Source of the DNA: an uncultured virus (IMG/VR IMGVR_UViG_3300031669_003759)
Lineage: Duplodnaviria > Heunggongvirae > Uroviricota > Caudoviricetes
DNA length: 64,000 nucleotides
Direction: 5' to 3' (one strand)
IMG/VR virus record: IMGVR_UViG_3300031669_003759
Location: 1-64,000 of that record
The position numbers and the translations under genes were made by a program. Shown one piece after another: positions 20,619-29,147 of this stretch (its first letter is position 1; each line of letters opens with the position of its first letter). The notes beneath the pieces are model-generated. The model worked only from the letters and a program-made list of their open reading frames with translations. It was not told the origin of the DNA and made no database searches.

Positions 20619-21279
20619 CTTTTAATTTGTCCTCGATAGGGTAACGAGGCTTATACATATATGGCTGTTCTCCCACATATGACATGTTTTTAATCTTAAA
20701 CGTTCTAATACCCCCACTTTCTAAATCATATGCAAATAAAATTATTTCTCCATTTCTGTGAGTAATCTTGTACGGTTCTACATTTCTGGAAGATTTTTTA
20801 TTATCCGAGGCTACGTAATCAAAACTTACAACGGATGTACTAGACATAGCCTTCCGCACCACGTTCAAAGTCGTGCTGGCAGACTCTTTTTTTGAGGTAT
20901 TTAGCAGGGTCTTTGGTGGGGTCTGCGTACCGTGCTCGGTAGTATGATCTCTGAGAGTAATCGCTGACATTTTTTTTACAGGTTCTTTCCCAGATCTTTT
21001 AGTATTTGGTAGTTCAGTAAATGTACTTATCACCCCACATTTTTGACAGGTAAATGTAGTTCTATCCTTCCCAGGCTCCGTAAGCACCATCTTGTTAGAC
21101 TTACAACTCGGGCATACTTTTCCGGTTTGTGCTAAGATTTGCCGGTTCTTTGATCGTTTGTTATAAATGTACACAACTACTTTCGTTTCGGTTACTTTAC
21201 ACAATAAACAACTGTAATTACTGTAGCTGTTCCTAACACCAACCCTACACAAAATGCAAAGTAAGGGTTGCGATACCAA
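20611..21279 (-). CDS. zinc-ribbon + WYL-domain protein (true start probably about 21173)
   Basis: CPSC...CQKC, then FDY...RNVEPYKI...LFAYD...IRTFKIKNM (WYL pattern). Confidence 0.7.
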   Translation of the reverse strand: MVSQPLLCILCRVGVRNSYSNYSCLLCKVTETKVVVYIYNKRSKNRQILAQTGKVCPSCKSNKMVLTEPGKDRTTFTCQKCGVISTFTELPNTKRSGKEPVKKMSAITLRDHTTEHGTQTPPKTLLNTSKKESASTTLNVVRKAMSSTSVVSFDYVASDNKKSSRNVEPYKITHRNGEIILFAYDLESGGIRTFKIKNMSYVGEQPYMYKPRYPIEDKLKDD

Positions 21280-21611
21280 GCATTCCTATTATCCAATTCT
21301 TTTTGTAACCTAATATTTTCTACAACTAAAAACTTCTTTTCATCTAAAAGCGTTGTATTTGCCGAAGTTAGCGTTGCAATCTGCAGTTGATTATTTTTTA
21401 TTTTGTTATCCTGTTGTTCGATCTTTAATTGTAGCTTAGGATTATCCATGCGGTATTGTAAGAGAGTCTGCGCATCCTTTTCCAGAAATCCAACGTAGGT
21501 AATTTCTCCCAATTGAAATTTATGAATATCTAGTTCTGCAGGAGGAGTATCGGCAAAGACAATGCAGGACATACAAATGCAAACACAAATTATGGGCAAC
21601 GTCCTATACAT
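21192..21611 (-). CDS. secreted coiled-coil protein with C-terminal membrane anchor (spanin-like lysis accessory?)
   Basis: Signal-peptide-like N-terminus, coiled coil, C-terminal TM helix. Confidence 0.45.
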   Translation of the reverse strand: MYRTLPIICVCICMSCIVFADTPPAELDIHKFQLGEITYVGFLEKDAQTLLQYRMDNPKLQLKIEQQDNKIKNNQLQIATLTSANTTLLDEKKFLVVENIRLQKELDNRNAWYRNPYFAFCVGLVLGTATVITVVYCVK

Positions 21612-21970
21612 TAGCGTATCCCAATTTCCTTGAATTTGGCAATAATTTCATCAGCAGTCATACTGGGAGTTAACTTTTCTTCCAATGATTTTTCTACTTT
21701 TGCGATATCTTCATCTATTTTCTTGTCTGTTTCTTTTAGCTTTGCAAGATCTTTCATATCTGCATCATATTTTATTTCTAATCCCTGTAGTTTTAATCGT
21801 GCGTTTAGAATAGCAAGGCTATTCTCCAATGCGCGGATTTTAGCATTCTTTCTTCCCCACCAAAAAATTAGAATAGAAAATACTATCACGCAAACAATTA
21901 GCAGAAATAGTTTTAGATGGTTACTAATCCATTTGAACGCTTTCTGGACAAATGCCCATACAGTACTCAT
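21611..21970 (-). CDS. N-terminal TM coiled-coil protein (i-spanin-like?)
   Basis: Single TM helix followed by coiled coil; coupled to the next gene. Confidence 0.45.
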   Translation of the reverse strand: MSTVWAFVQKAFKWISNHLKLFLLIVCVIVFSILIFWWGRKNAKIRALENSLAILNARLKLQGLEIKYDADMKDLAKLKETDKKIDEDIAKVEKSLEEKLTPSMTADEIIAKFKEIGIR

Positions 21971-21980
21971 GTGATCTCCG

Positions 21981-22526
21981 TCACTTGTTTTTCTTTACAA
22001 TGTAAGGATTATCTAGATGTTTACTGTAAAAACTTTTAGCGGAAAAATTATGCAATAGATTTGAAAGTACCTTATACCAGAATCCATCAGGTATTTTTTT
22101 AGCGCTTGTTATCGTCTCCTGATCAGTATTTTTTTCCACTGGAGTAAATCCACCTGGAAAATATTTTTGTTCTATATCTTTCCAATTGAATGATCCGTCA
22201 GGCAATGCTTCAAATGTTTCAGCACTTCCATAATCATTGACATAGCGTACTGCTATTGGATAGATTACAATTCGATTTCCAGAGACATCCGTTGCAGGCT
22301 GTGCATAAATAGAATATAATTTTCCGCTTGACAAATCCGCTAATGCAAGCTCACCCCCTGTGGATGCTCCGGGTTGATTGATAAAACTATCCCACGCAAC
22401 TTCCAGAGTACTTCTTGCTTGTGGTAATGGTTGGTGTTCAAACTCTTTTTCCAAGGCCGCATAATCTTCATCGGATATAATTGCATATTTTTTTTGCATG
22501 GGGTACCTTTCGTTCAAGGCACCCAT
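21981..22526 (-). CDS. hypothetical protein
   Basis: 181 aa ORF in coding orientation. Confidence 0.55.
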   Translation of the reverse strand: MGALNERYPMQKKYAIISDEDYAALEKEFEHQPLPQARSTLEVAWDSFINQPGASTGGELALADLSSGKLYSIYAQPATDVSGNRIVIYPIAVRYVNDYGSAETFEALPDGSFNWKDIEQKYFPGGFTPVEKNTDQETITSAKKIPDGFWYKVLSNLLHNFSAKSFYSKHLDNPYIVKKNK

Positions 22527-22562
22527 AGTAACTTATAATCAAAAGCTATGTTTAACTTCTGT

Positions 22563-22730
22563 CTAGTGTCTCAAGGTAGGAATATTGGGTTCACCCAATT
22601 GTGCATTCAGGCGTTTTACACGTTCACCCAATTCTTCAATGGTGCGCTTCAGTTCGCGGATTTCTTTTTTCAATGCTTCATTTTCTTTGTGCTTGGTCAC
22701 AAGACTCAATCCAAGATTAATACCTTCCAT
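22563..22730 (-). CDS. small coiled-coil protein
   Basis: Manual translation MEGINLG...(55 aa), GAGGAG RBS and its own promoter. Confidence 0.6.
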   Translation of the reverse strand: MEGINLGLSLVTKHKENEALKKEIRELKRTIEELGERVKRLNAQLGEPNIPTLRH

Positions 22731-22748
22731 GGCTTTCTCCTCACTAAT

Positions 22749-22777
22749 ATTATAGCCACAGAGTAAAGAATTATCAA
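22749..22777 (-). promoter_or_regulatory. sigma70-like promoter
   Basis: TTGATA-N17-TATAAT on the minus strand. Confidence 0.65.
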
Positions 22778-22840
22778 GTAATTATTTATGAATTAATCTA
22801 GAAGTTTGATTTAATTTAGGAAAAACTGGGTGTACGGGAG

Positions 22841-23302
22841 TTACTTTCCGTTCTTACGGGCTATTACATCCGGAAGGGCATCAACCGTATTGGCACCTAG
22901 ATAAATAATTAGGCACCATTTCAACCCAGAAAGCCACTCGGCTGTAGGTAGAAATCCACCAGATTCTCCCTTTGGGATAAAAAAGGCGACTGTAAGAGTT
23001 ACAATGAACAGTAACGCCAAAAACATTTTTCTGCCCCCAAAGAAATCAAACAGGGCATTTTTGCCGTTCTCTTCTGTGGCAGTCCTGTGAAGAGCATCCG
23101 GAAGTGCCTTAATTGCGTTGGCTCCCAAATAAATAGCTAAGCACCATTCTAATGCCTGGACCCAACTCTCTGGAGTGATCCAAGCAATAAAAAACCCAAC
23201 AGTTGCAAATACATAAAAGAAAAGAGCAAGAAAATATTTCCTACCACCAAAAACATCAAATACCTTATTCATAGGAATTTCCTCCAAAGTTTGTTTATCC
23301 AA
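22841..23302 (-). CDS. holin-like membrane protein with internal tandem duplication
   Basis: Two copies of FD.FGGRK.FLAL...W...L.WCL.IYLGAN...ALPD; about 4 TM helices. Confidence 0.55.
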   Translation of the reverse strand: MDKQTLEEIPMNKVFDVFGGRKYFLALFFYVFATVGFFIAWITPESWVQALEWCLAIYLGANAIKALPDALHRTATEENGKNALFDFFGGRKMFLALLFIVTLTVAFFIPKGESGGFLPTAEWLSGLKWCLIIYLGANTVDALPDVIARKNGK

Positions 23303-23344
23303 AAGATGTAAGGAGTGTATGACAGATTTATTTTTAATATTTAA

Positions 23345-24265
23345 TTACTGTTTGAAGCCAATGCACTCAGGCTTATATTTCTTTAGGCGTTCTGCAGATA
23401 TTCTTACAGCATCTTTGTTATTATCTATCATAATGAATTTACGCCCCAGGAGCGCTGCAGCTTCCCCAGAGGTAGATGCTCCAGCAAAGAAGTCAAGCAC
23501 GGTGTCTCCGGGCCTTGAATGGACGCTGACGATACGCCTGAGAACCCCCAAGGGCTTTTGGGTGGGGTATCCAGTACGCTCTTTTCCATTAGTTGGGACG
23601 ATTGTATGCCACCAGACATCCGTAGGAGTTTTGCCCCGCAGTACTTTTTCCTTAGTCACAAGCCCTGGAGCCATGTAAGGAATACGATCCATTTCTTCGT
23701 AGTTGAATGTATACGTTTTAGGATCTTTTGTATACCAAAGAATATTATTATGTTTAGCTGACCAATGGGTTTTAGAACGACCACCATAATCAAATGCCCA
23801 AATTATTTCATTTTGGAAACATTCTCGTCCAAAAATACCATCGAGCAAAACTTTTACATAGTGAACTTCTCGATAGTCCAAATGTACAAATAAAGATCCT
23901 GTCTCTTTCAATAAAATATAAGCGTTGGTTAGTCTGGCCTCTAAAAAGGCAAGATAATCAGAAAAAGAATCAGCGTATACCAGCGTGCCGTTTTTGACAG
24001 TTTGATAGCGCTTTCCCCCAAATCCGATACGATCACCAAGTATGCTTTGTTTCGTTTTTAGCCTGGTATGTTTTCTTAGTTTTTTTGTATTGAACGGCGG
24101 ATCTATATAAATAAGATCAATAGATCCTGCTTTCATACCTCGCAGAATCTTAAGATTGTCTGCAAGATAAATCTTATTTGTTCCAGAGTTTTTTTGCTTC
24201 TTCATCGATAGGCTCGTTAGTTCTTCGAAATATATTATTTTTACACGGATAAAATTCTCCTGCAA
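23345..24265 (-). CDS. DNA adenine/cytosine-N4 methyltransferase (beta class); start probably 24205
   Basis: IYIDPPFN catalytic motif, YPTQKP, then SAM motif VLDFFAGAST. Confidence 0.88.
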   Translation of the reverse strand: MQENFIRVKIIYFEELTSLSMKKQKNSGTNKIYLADNLKILRGMKAGSIDLIYIDPPFNTKKLRKHTRLKTKQSILGDRIGFGGKRYQTVKNGTLVYADSFSDYLAFLEARLTNAYILLKETGSLFVHLDYREVHYVKVLLDGIFGRECFQNEIIWAFDYGGRSKTHWSAKHNNILWYTKDPKTYTFNYEEMDRIPYMAPGLVTKEKVLRGKTPTDVWWHTIVPTNGKERTGYPTQKPLGVLRRIVSVHSRPGDTVLDFFAGASTSGEAAALLGRKFIMIDNNKDAVRISAERLKKYKPECIGFKQ

Positions 24266-24539
24266 TTCCTTTTATAATCCAGTCACTTGGGCAAACACGA
24301 TGGCCGTTCTCCAGTGTATCAATCCAGCCATGCTCGTGAAATCGCACGCCACATTCAGAACAAAGACTCTCCCCATCTATATCAGGGTGTCGAAAGTATC
24401 TTACAATTTTTCCCCCACCCAAGAATGGCTTACCGTCTGATCCTGTGAATGTATCGCAGTTATCGTCAGGGTGGTCGCCATTTTTGAACCACTGCACAGC
24501 GTCAATTTCTACCGGGAGTTTTCTAAACTTAGCCATCAC
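24174..24539 (-). CDS. conserved phage protein (KFRKLPVEIDAVQW...WIIKGIAGEFYPCK family)
   Basis: Recognisable widespread phage hypothetical motif set. Confidence 0.65.
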   Translation of the reverse strand: MMAKFRKLPVEIDAVQWFKNGDHPDDNCDTFTGSDGKPFLGGGKIVRYFRHPDIDGESLCSECGVRFHEHGWIDTLENGHRVCPSDWIIKGIAGEFYPCKNNIFRRTNEPIDEEAKKLWNK

Positions 24540-25309
24540 GCCTCATCCCCAATAAACTCATCGTCGTCTTCGTCTTCATCAAAAACATCGCTCTCTTCCT
24601 CTTCCTCTTCCTCTTCCTCTTCCTCTACAGGCTTAGCCTTCTTCTTAGTTTTCTTTGTAGCTTTCTTTGTACTCTTTTTCTTTGGTTTCTCTTCTTCTTC
24701 CTCTTCCTCTTCAACACTTTCCTTGGGGTTACCAATCTTTTTTACTATAGTTTTCTTTTCCAGATTCTCCAATGCATCTTCAACTACATGCCCAATACGG
24801 ACGAGATTTGTAGTGTATAACCCGTGGCGTTTGATAATTGAACCAAATTCTTCAACATCGTGGGGGAGGATAGAATACTTAGGTTCCCCTGTCTTTTCAT
24901 CGTCTTCCACGAAACAATGTTCCAGTTCATGATCTACCACAGCCAGCTTTTGTTTATCCGAAAGCTCTTTCCAAGTTGGGTAAGCTGTTGTAATCAAAAA
25001 GTGATACCCAGAAAGCGCATGGTGCTTTTTACTAATTTTCTCAGCAGTTGCTGCAACTTCCACACCCTTGGAAGTTATAGCCTTATTTTTGAAAAGCCAT
25101 GCTATACGGCACTGAATCAAATGGCTATGATATTTAGGAATCAGTTGTTTGCCAATCTTCTCTACTTCATCCGCAGGGTCAAACTGGGTTGGAACTGCCT
25201 TAGTCGCGTTGCCTTTATTAGTTTTCGCCATAGCAATTTTTCCTTTCCCAAATATTATACTCAGAAAAAAATTAATTTGGAAGAAAATTTTTCTATAACG
25301 TGAGGGCAA
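24536..25309 (-). CDS. phage metallopeptidase-like protein with acidic/basic tail (start probably 25231)
   Basis: VDHELEHC...PHDVEEF motif; poly-Glu and Lys tracts. Confidence 0.7.
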   Translation of the reverse strand: MPSRYRKIFFQINFFLSIIFGKGKIAMAKTNKGNATKAVPTQFDPADEVEKIGKQLIPKYHSHLIQCRIAWLFKNKAITSKGVEVAATAEKISKKHHALSGYHFLITTAYPTWKELSDKQKLAVVDHELEHCFVEDDEKTGEPKYSILPHDVEEFGSIIKRHGLYTTNLVRIGHVVEDALENLEKKTIVKKIGNPKESVEEEEEEEEKPKKKSTKKATKKTKKKAKPVEEEEEEEEEEESDVFDEDEDDDEFIGDEA

Positions 25310-25856
25310 GGAACCAATCAGGTAGTATCTCGTTTACGTGTGCTGATTCATTGGAGAGCCAATTTCTGCCTGCTCTGATTCTGTGTAGTTCGAAATGATG
25401 GTAATGGCATAACCAGATAATCTCGTAAACCTTATTGTAATTTTGGTGATGTCCTTCCAGCCTTCCTTTGCAAAAGCCATTGGCAATCAAGCATGTGTCA
25501 GGGCGAACTAGCTTCCCCAATTTTATTGCCTGGTATGCTTTACTGCGTACTAGTGCCCTTTCTCTTCCACCGTTTTTGTATCTCTCCCTCGCTTTTTTTC
25601 TATATTCTTCTGTTTTCCCTCTGAGTCTCTGACGTTCATTTGTACACTTTCGTTTTTCGGGGTCTGCATAATATTTTCTCCGAACTTCTTTTATATGCTT
25701 TCGTACCTTCACAGTGGTAGCAGCATATATTGTCATGATTTTATTGTAGCAATCTACGCAAATTGACTGAAGACCATCAGGAGACGTACTTAGCCAATAA
25801 AAAGGCCCAATACTTCCACATTTCGTGCATCTTTTCATCTCAAACTCACAAAACAC
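25293..25856 (-). CDS. HNH-type endonuclease-like protein
   Basis: KRCTKCG...DGLQSICVDC N-terminus; EGHHQNY...WLCHYHHFELH C-terminus. Confidence 0.65.
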   Translation of the reverse strand: MFCEFEMKRCTKCGSIGPFYWLSTSPDGLQSICVDCYNKIMTIYAATTVKVRKHIKEVRRKYYADPEKRKCTNERQRLRGKTEEYRKKARERYKNGGRERALVRSKAYQAIKLGKLVRPDTCLIANGFCKGRLEGHHQNYNKVYEIIWLCHYHHFELHRIRAGRNWLSNESAHVNEILPDWFLALTL

Positions 25857-25938
25857 TACTTCCCAGCCAGCGGAGTCTAGCGAGAAACGCTAACCAGGAA
25901 GCAGGATATTGTTTTATGAGCCGCTAGACTCTAGGAAT

Positions 25939-25967
25939 AGAATGGCACAGTCGGAACTACTTGTCAA
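25939..25967 (-). promoter_or_regulatory. sigma70-like leftward promoter
   Basis: TTGACA-N17-CATTCT with extended TG. Confidence 0.5.
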
Positions 25968-26331
25968 CACTTTTTTACCTGCTATGTGTCAAACTCCCTC
26001 TCTCCCTGCAAATTTGAGATAACCTACACCTGCTCGCTACGCTCGCCCCCAGGAGACACAATCCCACGGGTATGGGAAAAGCTAGGTGGTAAAAAATAAT
26101 AACGGGTATGCCGCGCTTCACAGCGGTGTACCTGTTCGGGCAGCAGCGGTTTTTGCTGGTGTCCCGAACAACAGATTATTGTTTATATAAATTTCAACGG
26201 GCACATTTGTTCTCGGAGATCCCCTGAAGCTTCTGAACGTAGTGAAGAAGTTTCTGAATATACTATAACTGTAAATTATAAACAGAAACTATAACTATAA
26301 CAGTTAAGTTAAGTTAAAGGACGCGCTTAAG

Positions 26332-26367
26332 CGGCCCCTTAATCGTCCCCTTACTCGGCCCCTTAAG
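26332..26367 (+). repeat. 3 x 12-bp tandem repeat (iteron-like)
   Basis: CGGCCCCTTAAT / CGTCCCCTTACT / CGGCCCCTTAAG. Confidence 0.8.
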
Positions 26368-26401
26368 AGGCAAGAGTTATAGATTAGTTTTTACAAAGAA
26401 G

Positions 26402-26423
26402 TCAACCCCCTTAAGGGGGTTGA
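26402..26423. repeat. 22-bp perfect palindrome
   Basis: TCAACCCCCTTAAGGGGGTTGA; shares the CCCCTTAA core with the tandem repeats. Confidence 0.85.
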
Positions 26424-26624
26424 ACAGCAACGGTAATCGAACTGGATATTTTCCGTAACAAAATTATGTGTGTGGTATCGTGTGAAGGAACTTACCTATT
26501 ATTTAGTATGGAATAAATTAACAAGTTGTAAATAACAGTATCGCTTAACTAAAGATTATCTTGGAAAAGTAATTATTACCAATTAATAAACTAAACAACC
26601 CCGAGAAGTTATATGAAAAATATT

Positions 26625-26653
26625 TTGTTAATTATCATTCTTTTTTGTATAAT
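26625..26653 (+). promoter_or_regulatory. sigma70-like rightward promoter
   Basis: TTGTTA-N17-TATAAT; predicted TSS about 26660. Confidence 0.6.
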
Positions 26654-26659
26654 AGATCT

Positions 26660-26935
26660 GGATAGCCTAGGAGAACTAAGCGTCAACTACCGTCGCCTAA
26701 AGACGACGGCTTGCAAGGAGTAGCAAGGCCAATGCGAAACAAGCAAGAGAAAACAGGAGACTAGAGTGGGTAAGGTCAAGATTTATTACTTGGCTGCTCG
26801 AAGCCAACTGAGCCAACTGCCCGTGGCAGGGCATAGCATGTCTGAGATGCTCCCCAAGTCCCAGACCCCTGCGTTGGCCAGTCTCGATGGGGGTAATTGC
26901 TCGATCCGTAAGGATCGGAGTGGGAGAGGTAACTC
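26660..26935 (+). ncRNA. omegaRNA (guide about 26660-26681, scaffold 26682 to about 26935)
   Basis: Scaffold begins GTCAACTACCGTCGCCTAAAGACGACGGCTTG (left-end hairpin). Contains AGACTAG, GATGCTCCCCAAGTCC and CTCGATGGGG elements typical of IscB/IsrB omegaRNAs, directly upstream of isrB. Confidence 0.72.
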
Positions 26936-27977
26936 TCTGTTGTTTGTTCCAGTTATTTCGTCCGTTGGAAAGCCGTTAATGCCAAGTCATCCTGCCAGGG
27001 CAAGAGAATTGGTTCGGAAAGGAAAAGCAGTTCGTAGATTCATTAAGGGGATTTTCTACATTGAGTTGCTGCAAAGAAAAGATGGAGATACTCAACCAGT
27101 AGCAGTCGGAATTGATCCTGGTTCCAAGAAGGAGGGTTTTACGGTCAAGTCAGCAGAACATACATACTTAAACATTCAAGCTAACGCTGTTACTTGGGTA
27201 AAGGATGCCGTGGAAACAAAAAGAAATATGCGAAGAACACGACGTGCTAGAAAAACTCCTTGCCGACAAAACCGCATCAATCGTAAGCGTGGAGGTATTC
27301 CACCATCAACTAAGGCTCGTTGGCAGTGGAAACTAAACATTGCGAAAGTACTTTCCAGACTATTCCCGGTTGAGTGTTTCGTAGTAGAAGACATCAAAGC
27401 CAAGACAACTGGTAAACGCAGGTGGGACGTGTCTTTTAGCCCGCTAGAAGTAGGTAAGAAGTGGTTTTATTCTGAACTACGCAAACTTGGTCAGGTAGAC
27501 ACTAAACAGGGGTTCGATACGTTCGGAATGCGTAACCAATTTGGGCTTAAGAAGTCCAAAAGCAAGCTGGGTAATAGCTTTGAAGCACACTGTGTAGACA
27601 GTTGGGTTCTTGCTAATTCTTGGGTAGGTGGTCATACTGTACCAGACAACAGGAGTTTGATTTTGATTGCACCAATCCAATTGCACCGGAGACAATTACA
27701 TGTTTTACAACCGGGCAAGAATGGTGTAAGAAAGTCTTACGGGAGCACCAAGAGTCTGAGGTTCAAACGGGGAAGTCTGATAAAACACAAAAAATATGGT
27801 GTTGTATATGTTGGCGGAACAAGTAAAAATAGAATTAGTTTGCATTCCATTCAGAACGGAAAGCGTCTATGTCAAAATGCAAGAACAGAAGAGTGTCAAT
27901 TTCTAACCTATAATGCATGGAGGATGGGCAATTCCTCTGCCGCCTGAAGGTGACAGTCTCCTTGCCCGGAACTACAC
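26682..27977 (+). mobile_element. non-autonomous IS200/IS605-family element carrying isrB
   Basis: Left hairpin at 26690-26709; right hairpin GGGCAATTCCTCTGCCGCCTGAAGGTGACAGTCTCCTTGCCC at about 27926-27967; no tnpA. Confidence 0.7.
26940..27947 (+). CDS. isrB: IsrB RNA-guided nickase (PLMP + split RuvC + bridge helix, no HNH)
   Basis: GKPLMP, GIDPGSK (RuvC-I), MRRTRRARK bridge helix, VVEDIK (RuvC-II), AHCVDS (RuvC-III); 335 aa from TTG 26940 after GGGAGAGG. Confidence 0.85.
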   Translation: MFVPVISSVGKPLMPSHPARARELVRKGKAVRRFIKGIFYIELLQRKDGDTQPVAVGIDPGSKKEGFTVKSAEHTYLNIQANAVTWVKDAVETKRNMRRTRRARKTPCRQNRINRKRGGIPPSTKARWQWKLNIAKVLSRLFPVECFVVEDIKAKTTGKRRWDVSFSPLEVGKKWFYSELRKLGQVDTKQGFDTFGMRNQFGLKKSKSKLGNSFEAHCVDSWVLANSWVGGHTVPDNRSLILIAPIQLHRRQLHVLQPGKNGVRKSYGSTKSLRFKRGSLIKHKKYGVVYVGGTSKNRISLHSIQNGKRLCQNARTEECQFLTYNAWRMGNSSAA

Positions 27978-29138
27978 ATGCGCATACCTGAAAAGTCAAA
28001 GATAATATTATTCGTTCAAGGTGGTGCAGGTGATGTTTTAAGCCATACGCCTGCTATTCGCTATTTTAAACATAAGTACCCTAATGATGAAATCATCGTT
28101 CTTTCTACCTATTCACAGCTTTTAGAGCACAATCCTAATATAGACAAACTAATTTCACTCAAAGATCCAAAAGATTTTTACAATGAACATGTATTAGGAA
28201 AAAACATTAGATTTTTCAAAAAGCATTTTGTGTACGACGGAATTATGGATGAACCAGCGATGGACTGTAAATGCCTTCCAGAGTTTATATGTAAGATGTA
28301 CAACGCTGAATACGATGAGCAGCCCCTTGATTATAAGCTTACAGATTATGAATTACGAGCGGCACAAACATTCATAGGACAATATAAGTTCCTCAATCGC
28401 CCAATAGTTCTACTGCACTGTACTGGGGCGATTCCTTCAGATGGAGCATTCAACAAAACAAATAGTCTCAAAGATCTAAACATTGAATTAGCGAAACAGC
28501 TAGTAGCAAAATATAAAGAAAAAATATTATTTATTCATATTGGTTTGGAAGGGGAGCCAAAGGTAGACGGTGCTATAGATGCATTAGGAATGCAAATGCG
28601 AGAGGCTATTGCACTTTTGCCATTGGCTGATAGCTACATCCTTATAGAAAGTCTATTCGCACACTGTACAAATGCATTAGGAACTAAGGGAATTGTTGTA
28701 TTCCAGAACACTGATCCCAAGTTCTTCGGTTACTCTAATAATTATAATGTTTCATGGACTGGTGGATGTAAAGATTGGCCATGTAATCGCCCAGTAGGTG
28801 CACTACTAGATTTGCATCCAGGCTATAGAAATCCGAAAACACGGCAACAACTCTTATGGGAATGCCCTAATCAAGTCTGCGCACAAATTCCGCTAGAGAA
28901 TTTGGAAAAGGCACTATTGGACTCTTTAGCAGAAAAAAAGAAAAGAGGAAATCCTGCATTAGACGCAGCCCGTGCAGGCACTCCCCCACAACAAAAATTT
29001 AGCGTGGCAGAATCTCCTTCATATGGAAAAACAATTGCAGGAGATACGAATATTGCAACTATACCTAAAGCAGACTTAGTAGAAGAAATAGAAGTGAAAC
29101 CTGTAAAGAAGAAGAAGAAAAAGGCAAAGAGAAAATAA
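27978..29138 (+). CDS. GT-B glycosyltransferase (GT9/heptosyltransferase-like)
   Basis: GGAGDVL..TPAIR..K..YP, LLEHNPNID and ILIESLFAH motifs. Confidence 0.7.
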   Translation: MRIPEKSKIILFVQGGAGDVLSHTPAIRYFKHKYPNDEIIVLSTYSQLLEHNPNIDKLISLKDPKDFYNEHVLGKNIRFFKKHFVYDGIMDEPAMDCKCLPEFICKMYNAEYDEQPLDYKLTDYELRAAQTFIGQYKFLNRPIVLLHCTGAIPSDGAFNKTNSLKDLNIELAKQLVAKYKEKILFIHIGLEGEPKVDGAIDALGMQMREAIALLPLADSYILIESLFAHCTNALGTKGIVVFQNTDPKFFGYSNNYNVSWTGGCKDWPCNRPVGALLDLHPGYRNPKTRQQLLWECPNQVCAQIPLENLEKALLDSLAEKKKRGNPALDAARAGTPPQQKFSVAESPSYGKTIAGDTNIATIPKADLVEEIEVKPVKKKKKKAKRK

Positions 29139-29147
29139 CCGTTATCT

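Noticed and set aside
26401..26425. Second IS200/IS605 left end (GTCAAC + hairpin)
   Set aside because: No omegaRNA-like scaffold follows; better explained as part of the CCCCTTAA repeat set.
26766..26939. N-terminal 58 aa of the 393-aa ORF-track call
   Set aside because: It overlaps the omegaRNA scaffold. The PLMP domain and an RBS point to a TTG start at 26940.
26940..27947. IscB or Cas9 call
   Set aside because: No HNH insert between RuvC-II and RuvC-III, and no CRISPR array; the size fits IsrB.
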